This document shows, piece by piece, positions 39,598 to 51,262 of a DNA stretch of 64,000 nt. The stretch spans positions 2,713,319 to 2,777,318 of the forward strand of contig CM082594.2 in assembly GCA_040954595.2 (NCBI GenBank), in the 5' to 3' direction. Origin of the DNA: Balanoglossus misakiensis. Taxonomy: Eukaryota > Animalia > Hemichordata. Position 1 is the stretch's first letter. Each line of letters begins with the position of its first letter. Made by a program: the position numbers and the translations under genes. The notes under the pieces were generated by a model. It was not told the DNA's origin. It saw only the letters and a program-made list of their open reading frames with translations, and searched no databases.

Positions 39598-42500
39598 GGA
39601 GGGAAACTATTAGTCCCTCAGACTCTCTGGAGGCATGCACTCTGTCATTATCCAAGAAACTGAATACACAGTTAAGTAAAAAAAGTAGAAAATAAATGAG
39701 AGATAGTGATATTACCTTTACCTTTGGGCGGATATCTGGGATGCTTTCCATCTTTACCAGGCCACTCAATCTTGACGTTGCCAAACGGTTTGAAAGCATT
39801 CTGAAGCCCAGCTACAGTCAACACATAAAAATAATAATTATGTTAATAAGTGTCCACCAAACCTTTATTGTGTTAAAAATCTTCCTGTCATAGGTGGCAG
39901 GTTTTATTATACCATGTGTATACTGTACATACTGAAAGTAAAAATACCATTCTGACCCAAAATGCCCAACTTCAGTCACATAATAATTCATCATTAAATC
40001 ACTTGAACACATTAATATACCACAATCATTTCTCGTGTTTGTGACTTCTCCAAATGTATATAAACATTGACTTTATAAGATGTTAGGCAACTTGGTCCTG
40101 CATCTCTGCTCAAAATGGTTTCCAGAGCAACTGCCCAATACATTGTCCAAATCTTCTGTATGATTCATATTACATGTGACTACAAGAATTTCCAGGACTT
40201 TCTGAGAAGAGTTTCTTTTGAACAGACCCATTTCAAAAAGGTAATTACAAAGCTTTATTGTAAACACTAGGAATATTTCTGGAGCAGAAATGGTTATGTG
40301 TGAACTTACCTTCTGTAATGTCCCAAGGCACACCACCCAGAAAGACTTTGCAGGAGTAGGAAGGATTTTTGTGATGTCGTATTGGCAGCTGTCCACTCCA
40401 TGTACAGGTTGGCTCACACATCGCTTTGAACGGAAATGAAAGTAGTAAATTGTAGACAATCTTAAATATGTTGCCCAAACATTTACAGAAGTCACACTTT
40501 TGGCTAAGTTATGGATTTACACATTATTAAGGTGTTTGGTAAGGCAATTTTTTTTTTTTTTTTTGGGGGGGGGCATCAAAAGTCCATCAAAAGTTCCAAT
40601 ATTATTGACCAAAAAATGCCAAACATACCGTGAAAGTCTTGTACCAAAACTTGGCATAATTTTTTTCATAATCAGATTTTTTTTTAAAAACATACATGTA
40701 ATGTACTTCTGAAGATATATGCTGTTATTTTGGGGGAAATTACAACTCTCGGAAAAGCCTTTCCAAAGACCTTAATAGTTTCCATTGCAATCAAAATACA
40801 TCTTAGTTAGGGTCCACGCAATGGCACCCAACACCAATGATAATTGTATATTTATCAGTCTTCTCATGTTTCATTTGAAGAGGTAGGGCAAAAATATTTC
40901 AGTATCTTGCTAACATATTCGAGCAGGCTGGACTTGGATGACTTTTTTTCTGATGCAAGGATCAGTTTCCCCCACAAGATATTTACACACTACCAATGTG
41001 CAAGACATTGTTTTTCTTTAAACTGAAATTCCAGAAGTTGTAAATTACCAAAAAAAATCCGAGATCTTACCAGCACCCTGTCGTGACTGTTTAGCAAGTT
41101 GTTCTATGCCATAGGGATCTGGAAACAGCAAAGAATCTAACCCTGACCATCGTCTGTCAGTCAATAAATTTGCCACAAGAGAGGACTCTTCTTGCTTTAC
41201 AGGTCTTGGTCCTCTCAGCTGACTATTGATGTTCAAACTTCCCTGTTGATTTGAAATAAAAAGTACATGTTGCATCAAGCATTATTAACAAGCATTTTGC
41301 TTCACCATGGACATCCACTGGTATGTATAATGCACTTAACTCACTTTTTCGCTCTGACATTAAATTTTAAGTGTTTTCAACATGGAAATTTTCACACTAC
41401 AGTACTTCTTGCCTATGCAGCTATAATTATTTGCATTGAAATTATGCAAGTCAACACAGATCGGATCCCCAACACCAACATTCTCCACATCATAACAGTC
41501 GATGTGACCTATGGGCCTGTCACTACACTGTGCACTGAAAGATAGTATTTGAAATTTATCGTTGCCAAGGTGTTGAAGTTTCAACTTTGTTATAATGCAA
41601 ATTTAATGCGCTATTAATCCAGAGACTTCACACAGATAGTTGTCAACATCGTTGCACGATTTTGGAACGAACGCCCATTGATCACGTGACCAGGCAAAAA
41701 TGGGGACTTTTTCAAAGGCTAAATCTATGTCATCATCACATCATGATGCATTATGGTAATTCATAAAACGACATTCCACAAAAGGCGACTTAAAATAGCA
41801 TCCAGAATGGCGTTCCCTTCCCATGATGCCATATTGATGAACTTCCGATACAAACCCACAAGGAAAAACTTTAGCATTGGATAGGTACATATGGGGCATC
41901 CCAAGCAGAAAGGGGCCTTATGGTCATACGTATCGCGCACCCATAAGACCCCTTTCTGCTGGGGATGGCCCATATGATAATTTATGAACTCCAAGTAAAT
42001 GAGCCTCTTTCATACCATCAACTCTGCAAGGCTGTCTGCGATTGGTTCTGAACTTCCAGAACTGATACCACTGGATTCAGAATCACTCGGGCTGCAGCTG
42101 CGACTCAGACGATCAAAGGAACTACTACAACTGCCATGATCCCACGGAGAAGGTGACAACGCCGATTCCCAAGAAGAGTTGCTGGCAACACTTGTCCGAG
42201 CGGACATAGCATCGGGTGATGATAACCCACCACTGTAAATACTCTCGAGTCCGCTGCTATGGCAACATGGTGAGTACGAGGCACTTGGCTTGCTGAAGGC
42301 ACTTGGCAAGGGTTGGAATCCTTGTTGAGGGGAAGGAGGAGGCATAGGTGAACTGGGCATGGCGAAGGAATCGGTTGAGAAAGCAGGCATGGAAGATTGG
42401 GCGAACATCTTCATAATGTTGAAGTCTGGAAGAAAAAAAGCACAGACAGTACTGATAAAATATTTAATTGGGCCAGTGGTCTTAAAATTTTATGAAAACA

Positions 42501-45500
42501 ATTTGTTCTGTGACGAATTTCCTTATTAAAACAGATCAGATAAAGCCTTTGAAGTTAATCAATGTTTTTTGTGACCTACAATAAGGGTAAAGTCAACCAC
42601 AGGAATACAGTGGATGAACCTATGTAAAGGCAGACTTTATGTTTACTTCATTTACCGGTACTTTGCATGAAACTTTCTAACAATGTTACCAGATTAATAG
42701 TCTGTTTTTCTTTATTAGAGGAACATTGCCCTCACTTTTAGATTTACTAAATTGTAAACTGTAGTTTAAGTAGCTTGTGAGGTTTCTGTAAATTGATGAA
42801 TAAAATATTCCCTTTTTACAGTCTTTAGTTTACAGGTGACAAGTCAACAATAGAAAGGAGCAAGATGTAGACACCTTGTTGAAATATTGCATTAACAGGG
42901 GAGTGTATGGCAACTTCCTGTCTTTAATTAGCATTTTCCCAGTTTGTGCTTGGAAAGATGTTCATTTGTCCTCCAATTAATTGCTTAATTGAGCTGAAAA
43001 ATTGATTCAGAAGTCTACCAAATTATCACATTATCGAACATTTTCAAAAACAGTGTCTCAGAACTTTTGTAACTCTTCTGCAATTTTAATTATGGTACAC
43101 AGTGACAATGCAAACAAGATAACTAACAAATAAACATATTATAGATATAATTATTATTATTTATAATAATTATTATTGTCAGTTAAAAGGCAATGCAATT
43201 TTGGCAGTGAGTTGGTTGCCTTGGCCGTTTTTTTGTTTGTTTGTGTGTTTTTGTTTTTTTTTTGTGTTTTTTTTTTTTTTGGGGGGGGGGGGGCTCTGTG
43301 TCTTAAAGTCGATAGCAACTCATTATTTAGTAGTATGCACCAATAAAGTGTAAGGGACTTTTTTAAAAGAACTTGGTAGGCCATCCTGTCTTCATAAAAA
43401 TCACTATTTCAAATTTTCTCCTTGATTTAATTGCAGGACATTTTTAATTTTAAATGTTACTCTGTCAAAAAAGTGTCAAAACTTGGTCAGGTGCCCCAAT
43501 TTTTACTCTCAAGTCTTATAGGATGTACGGTTGGTGGAAAATAAGTGTTGACTATGAAGAAAACTGATGTGTCAGCATTTTTTCACCAATGCTTTGTCTA
43601 TGGGCAAGGTATGTGTAAAATTTCTTGAAAATGACAATAGTAGAAACGAGTTTTCAAGCAATTCTCAATTGTATATCCTACGGGAACTTGAAGAGACAAA
43701 TATGCACAAATTTGCGCAATTTACAAGTTTACGTTCTGTGCATACATCCTTAACCTTAAGATCACATAATCTGGTTGCCTTGAGCAAAATACGAGAAAGG
43801 AATTAGGATTTTGAAAGTGCATACTAAATTAATATCTTATTTGTCACAAATCAGAATGTTTTTGCATTCTTTTCTTTTTGAATCTGTAAATAGCTGTACA
43901 ATTATGTCACAGACACTCCCCTAAAATCAATTAATCAGATAAAGTTGAATCTTTCAAGCAAATGGAGAGAAAATATTATAATACATGAATTATTTAATCC
44001 TGATTTTCTTCATGCATTCGACCAAGGCAAGCAAAAAAATATACAGCACAACATGGCAATAAACTTATGGATTTCTCACTATGCTCACCCACAGGTGAAG
44101 AACATTTTATGTAAAAAGTATCATTATTTCAATACAAAGTTTCCAAATATGATTGTTCTCAGACAGGTCATGGTTGGTTTGCAACTTTGTCTACGCTGCT
44201 GTCTATTGCTATTTTATAGCGGGAGTCGGAGCGAATTGTGAATTGATATTAAATGCATAAAAATTGATTTTCACCACTACCTTGTATGATGTGAATGTTC
44301 ATATGTCGTATTAATAATGTCTGATTTTATAGTTCGCGAACTTTCGCCAGCCGTGAACTCTGCGACATCGGACACTCACAGTGCATATTACTTATTCCGT
44401 GGGCATATGCGACCTCATCATGAAATGCATCTCAACTGGCGCGTGTCGGCATACAAATTAAACGGACAATGTACAAAAAATAGATTTCAAAATACAAATT
44501 ATCGAGTGTGTTTGATAAATATAAATTTCAAGCCACATCTTTCATAGCACAACTTAGAGTGATAAAATATAAACTGACTGGATTACCGACTGGCATTTAG
44601 ATTTAGACGATGTTACATTTTGTACCCTGATATTGACATGTCCATGTTCATATCCGCGCTGAAGGACAGAAAATGTATCAGACAACGGAACAAATTACAA
44701 GCAGAAAGCTGATCAAGTGAAAATCATCGATACACGTACACATCTATCTACAGAAATTAAATCATGTGGGGGGGGGGGGGGGGGGGATTAAAATGCTACC
44801 GGTCACCTGTACTTCGCCAGACTCCTGTAGATATTTCAAGTCAATACATAGGTTAATATAATAAAACTTAAAAGGGCGGAGAAAATTCTGATTAAAAAAA
44901 AAAGAATCACTTTCTCACCTTCTCTAAACTTGCGTTCTCTATCCCAGCGTTCCTGTTGGTCGATTTGTTGCTGAGACGGGCTTGCGCAAATACCAGACAG
45001 ATTCAGCGAGTTGTCCAAAATAGCATTGATGCGCTTGAAAATGTCTGCGTTGGTGCAAGCCGGAGAACTTGTAGCCATGGTTTGGTCGCCTTCCCTTTCA
45101 AAACCACTGTAGCTATCAGGTGTGTTTAACAGATGACTCTGGGTATCAGTAAAGTCAAAGAAATGGCATGATTACATGAAAAATCCACAGAACATCATGT
45201 CACATTGCATCAACGCATTTCTATCACGTGTCGGGATGTGACAACGATGGACGGAGTAAAATGATCAGATTTCAGACTAATCCATTTCTTGACGGGATCA
45301 AATACACGCACAATATTTCCATAGTACTATCCGAAAGATAGATGCCTAAAAACGAATATATGTTTACTATGTATTTAGTAAAGTAGTTTCAAAAGCATAC
45401 ACAGTAGCTTAGATAAAAGAAACTAATCAATTATTTCCCCTCATTTAAACCCTTCCATCACACCCCTAAATTATGGTTAATACCGAGTCATGTGTCTAGC

Positions 45501-48020
45501 CAAGCCTCGGCCCGGGTTTCCCCCGAAGTGCGCGGATCGATAGCGACTGTTGTTTCCGGTTGCATCGACTGTTCGCCATGGATGCAACGAATGATGTTCA
45601 TCAATTTTCATTTTTCACTTCAGAATTATCTTGTTACAGGTATCAAGTAGGGAGGAAAAATAAATAAACGTATTCTGAAGTCGCGGAACATATGTGAACG
45701 CATGATGTGGAAAACGCGCCAAACTTTCAAATACGCTCATTATACATTCTCATTGATTTCCATGCATTGGAATGATAGCCGTGCGGCGAGCGAGTTTGTC
45801 CGCGATCTGAAGCGACCCGTTTTCTCCTCAATCACAACTGAATTATTTTTTATAGGGAAATGACTTGTAGTACATTTACGGTCGCTGGTCATTTGGGGCC
45901 GCAAATTTTGCTATTGGCTGCGCGTACGTTACATCATTGGGTAGATTACGAATCGCATTTGCAACACGGGCGCAATCTATTTGATATGGGGGTAGCTGTA
46001 GGCGGTGAAACTTTTGAGGGAGACATTTTACCATTAGAACGTTTTCCCCAATTGTTACTTTGAAGCTAATTTTGGTATGGATGATTAAAGTATCTCATTT
46101 TGTCGAGATAGTGTGTAGGCCCTATCTATAGCGCGTACAGACCCAAAACAAGAGTCTCGCTTCATCCATAGAGGCAATGCGCCAACACACGGACGCGGGG
46201 GCGTTGGCTTGACTACTTCTTCTGCCCTGCAGCCTGGGTGCCGCATCCTTTTCGTGAGTGTAGCGCCATCAGCGTTAGAAACGGGCAGTACAGTTGAAAT
46301 TTCCCGCATTTTTAAAAGTAAAATATTGTAATGGTGAAAAATGACAATGTAATGTCTCAATGGAGTACATTTTATTCCACGTGTTCTAGTGGATGAAATC
46401 AGGCTTAGTTTATGAAGTATCAAAGAGAAGAATGCACGGTTGTCATTGTATTTTGCATTTTCCCCGGGTGGCGGCCATATTTGCATACGGCAAAGGTTTA
46501 TTATTTATCTGTTGGTTAGTAACATGTTTTTCCCCCAGACAGAGCAGTTCTTACTCCACATAGTCTATTATTATAAACATATTTAGTATTTGTTGAATAT
46601 TGTTGTAAACAAACTAATAAACAGCCACTTCCCTTTATTGACAAATACCATGAACACAAAACACGACTCTTCATATAAAAGGGGTTGCACGGCCCACCTG
46701 GTGATCGTCTAGACCAAGCAAAGGTAAATGACACCTAAAAACCACGCCTATCTTTACAGATCAAACAAATTATCCAATGATGTAGATCCAGAGGGGGGGG
46801 GGGGATATGAATGCGCTTGCGCGTAGCCTGAACATGTTTTCGCAACGGGGAATACTTCTATAATATCCGAAATCTGTTTCACGACGTATTCGCTGGTCAA
46901 AAAATCAATCAGTCAACATACTCCTGGAATATTCGTTTCTGCATATAGATTTTATTTTGTCCGATGAAAAAATGCTATAAAATGTTATTAGTTTCCCTAT
47001 TTAATTTAATTGATTTGATGAGGGCATGGATCAAGAAATTATTTTCGAATTTCACGGGTAGGTAAAAAGAATCCCCCCCCCCCCAACTAATTCTCTGGCT
47101 CCTTCGCACACGATGTTTTTCTTTACCTCTGCCCGGCTTTTTACGGGTTTTATTTTGTGTTCATGGTTAACCGATCGCGATCGCGACGAGAGCCTTCTTG
47201 ACTTGTATGAAAGAGCAGTAAACATGAAGATTTTGACGTCTAAGCTTTAAAGATCTGTGCTGTACTCTTTTGTAGTGGATAATAATGAATCCGCCGATTT
47301 TGTTTGTGCAGGGGAAATGATGAAATTATACAAAACAATAATAAACTTATACGCGCACAATTCAACTTTCGATACTGGACGACAGCGTCACAAAAGTCAC
47401 TAGCCTTCGTATATCTGTCATGGTATCATTGAGTACCCCCCCCCCCCCCCCCCATCACCTGCCTGCAATATTTTGTAAATACCCGCCATATCATTTGTGC
47501 ACATATAGTCTTACCACAGCAAGCAACGTTCTCAAGTCAATCGGGCAACTGAATAATTTTATAGGGAAATGACTTGTAGTACATTACGGTCGCTAGTCAT
47601 TTGGGGCCGCAAATTTTGCTATGGGCTGCCGTACGGTACATCATCGGGTAGATTACGAAATGCATTTGCTACACGGGCGCAATCTATTTGATTTATAGGG
47701 GGTAGCAACTATTTCGCAATAATAACAAATGAAGTTTGGGTCGCCGTGAAACATGCTGAAAATTACTCTCGCTGAAATTTACTGTAGTGTTCGTTGTCTG
47801 CCTCCAGTTGAGCGAGCAATATTGTCGGCAGGCTATTCTGATTCTGGAGCGGTTTCTGAGGAAAACCTTAAACGACCGCTTCCAGCCTAAACGCCAACAA
47901 CCCGCTGCCCCGTACGGGCAAACACATGATTCCGTCTAATGAAAAGTTTCGAAGATTGTCTTTATCTGCGACTGGTCTTTTTTTTTTGATGTTCAACGTT
48001 CTCACCTTGGACAGAGGCAT
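37175..48020 (-). CDS. CPEB1: Cytoplasmic polyadenylation element-binding protein 1 (CPEB1/Orb subfamily), 2 RRMs plus ZZ zinc finger, about 565 aa
   Basis: Exons 48020-48006 (MPLSK; less certain), 45138-44919, 42425-42016, 41242-41071, 40423-40310, 39811-39722, 39222-39095, 38897-38699, 38385-38291, 37429-37175. Motifs [68 protein letters not shown] and [12 protein letters not shown]...[22 protein letters not shown] are diagnostic of CPEB1. Confidence 0.95.
39531..39596. repeat. (GACA)n(CA)n microsatellite
   Basis: Directly visible; another (GACA)n at 22176-22205. Confidence 0.9.
45835..47706. repeat. Pair of about 165-bp direct repeats (45835-45997 and 47546-47706) in CPEB1 intron 1
   Basis: caactgaat.attttt.atagggaaatgacttgtagtacatt.acggtcgct.gtcatttggggccgcaaattttgctat...gggggtagc occurs twice. 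Confidence 0.85.
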
Positions 48021-51000
48021 GTTGCTACGAAGCAATGCTGCTGCGGCGTCAAATAAAATGTCTAAAGAGTCTTCGGGATATTTGTCACAACCAGGAAGGA
48101 TATGTTGTCCACAAATCTGAGTCTGGCTTTATGATGCATCTTCTGAATCCCAAAGCCTTTTATAGTGAAATTCAAAACAGCTTATTGTTATGCAGGAGCA
48201 CAGGTGCACCGTCAACGTTCCGCATAAACGCCATGGTGGGATCGATATTCAACGATCGCCATGTCTACAGTGGACAATACACAGGGTTACAGGTGACACG
48301 TCAGAAGCATGCAATCTGTAGCTGCGCCAGATGAGATGACCATAACTGGACATGTGTTAACACCGATCCAATCACACCATTTTACTAACCATGATCACGC
48401 AAACAACACTAATAATTATTTGAATCCTTTTACACAAACACAATATAATCGTGGTTTTGTTCAAGTTTGTTTTCCATGATAATATTTCCAACGTAAGACA
48501 TATGAGCTCCATTGACAGCATCAGTGAGTGCATGTCGTCGCAGTGACTCAGATATCAACTGTGAAAGTTCTTAAAATTGAAGTACACTTGCTCATTACGC
48601 TATGATGTGCTCCGACTTTATTTCTTGAAGAAAAAACTAAATGAATAAACGTTAATCGTGGCACTTTAAGCTTCCGTATGAACACCGGCAATAATTACGC
48701 TGCGTTTCAACCATGTCATATTCATCCATCCATCCATCCATCCACCATCCATCCATCCATCCACAAATCAATCAAGCAATGGAGTTTGGCAGTGGGCGTT
48801 TGGTAAGCCTGAGGGCGCTCTCTCTCCCGCCCTTCAGTGTGTTATCTGTGCAGTCTGTGGTGGCCATACGGTCGTACCTGTACAGTATGTACGCAGTACC
48901 ATCGGTACGTGATGGTACCATGATTCTTTATTGAATAGGCAAGTCACAAATACATTCCACATTAAATACGAATAACTATCCCAACCAGGTCTGTATCCCA
49001 ACAATACCACTAGGGCCTGTGGCCAAACTCTGTAAAATTTCACAAAGGCGCATAAAAACCATTCCTGCATAACCTTACAAAAATATCTTATAGGATACCT
49101 ATAGGACCTTTAGGAATCCTATAGGACCCCATGGAAATCTTTTAGGGATCTTAAAACAACAGTTCAGTAACTCGCAGCAAAACCTGGATCTACTGAACTG
49201 CAGCTATATAAATTATACATACAGGGTATCAACTATTATGGCGCAGTTCCTGGTACCTTGCGAACATGACGCAAATCCTAAATGTTGTCACTGTTATTTC
49301 ACATAGACCCTGGAGCGAAAGGGTCTATATAGTTATTTTAGCCCGACGACAACTCTTAGCTCATGAAAAGAGTCAAGCTCAGAAAATCAGTTGTAAAAAG
49401 TCGTCTTTCTGTAGGTGCTTTAGGGCTATAAGTCTGACAGCACTGCTCTTTGTTACTGTGAAGGTAGCCTGGCCCCATAACAGTGTGTTGTAGATATATA
49501 GAAATTCTACATATCTAATTTCTATATATCTAAAACACTGGTATGGGGCCAGGCTACTGTGAAGGAAGATGTCATAAGATTGATCTGATACATGTACATC
49601 AGGATAAGGATAATATGCACATGAATATATGGTAGCAAGCATGTTTTACAACACACATTCCTGTTACGGAGGGTTAAAATTGACCCCAAATTGCCATTAA
49701 ATTGGGAAAAGTGTGAATGTCAGTTTCTGGCCACTAGAGGGCGCCGTCTTTTGGGCTCCATATTGTAAAATGTGCGCCATGGCCCAAATGACCCCCCCCC
49801 CCCCCCCCCCCCCCGGCCGTAAACATAATATGAAATTCTATCATAGATTATTTTTCACCAAAGGCAACTTTCCATGGACGCTGCAAAAACGCCCCTTCAA
49901 GGCTCCATATCATGGTCTGTCAAGGACCCAATTCCACCAACTTTTGACTTTTTTTTCCCAATTTGGTTCACTTGATAAGTTACTGACGTTGTCCTGTTTG
50001 AAGTTGCTGCAGTTTTGTAGCCCCGTGACTACCCTTGACGTTGTTTTTTGTTTTGTTTTTTAGACAGGTAGGCGCCATCCCCAGCACCCGTCATAGGTAG
50101 TCGCTGGGCTACAAAACTGAAGCAAGTTTTAATGTGACGTAATTCATACAGCTCGGGCTAAAAACATCCCTTTTTTGATTTACAAAAATGATGTAGGGCG
50201 ATCTTTAGAATATCTTACATCATCATCATTATTTCATCATCATCATCCCCATCATCATCATCCCCATCAACAAACAAACAAAAACAACAGAGTTATTCCT
50301 CTGTACCCTGTGGATGTATATACATCCTATTTTCTCAAATATTTTCTTATAATTTTACCAAATCTTTTTTGTCATTATCGGAAATTATTTTATAGCTTTA
50401 TCAATACCAGTGAATTTTGTGATGTCATAGCTGTACATTATTACTGATAATGTATCGTATTTGGGGGACAAAATAACATGTTGACTGTTCCTTCATTTCA
50501 GTACACCTTGCCTGGTATCACAAGCACAGCCAGCAGTTGGGATCTCCCATCATGACCTTTGCACTCCATTCATACAGTCCAGCTGCAGCCAAGGTTGTTG
50601 CTATGCAAACGTTTGCATAAATTTAACAAAATTGTTATTTGGGGAATGGGTCATTTAATGATTTATTCCATATACATGTATGTTAGAAAACAAGGTTAAA
50701 AGGTTGCAAAAAGGGAATCTTTGTCAGATGACTTCAAAACAGCGGGATTGACATTCCAAACTGAGCGAGAGAAAATAAATAATAGTTTAACCCATTCATC
50801 CCCGTAAATAATGGTACAGCCCTTCTTAGCCTAAAATACATTAGGTCACATGCTCTGAGTAAAGTGTAATTAGCAGTCCATGCATAATTAAGTCCACAGA
50901 CAAACCCAGCTATATAAACAGTGTTCAAAGCAAAGGAAGCCCTTGCCTCACATTATGGGCAGAGGATTTACGAAGGTGTGAAAGACTATTTGTCCACATC

Positions 51001-51262
51001 AAGATAAGTCTACTGCTGAACTTCAAAAGCCGAAAAAAATTGACTGAGTTGGGTTAGGGGTACACGCCCACTCGCCAATTTTACTTGCCTGTTATCTAAG
51101 CACAGAGGGCGATACAAATAGTAATGCCAAATAGTAACATACGTTAACTTCAAGACCCAAAGAGTGATTTTACGCGTGGTTGTATAGGGCATGTCATAGG
51201 CACTTTAATGTTTCCTCATGTGTCTCTTCAGATGGCTATTCTGAATTAATGTTTGTCCACAT

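Noticed and set aside
45835-47706. Intact LTR/TRIM element bounded by the direct repeats
   Set aside because: No clear TG...CA ends, TSD, PBS or PPT.
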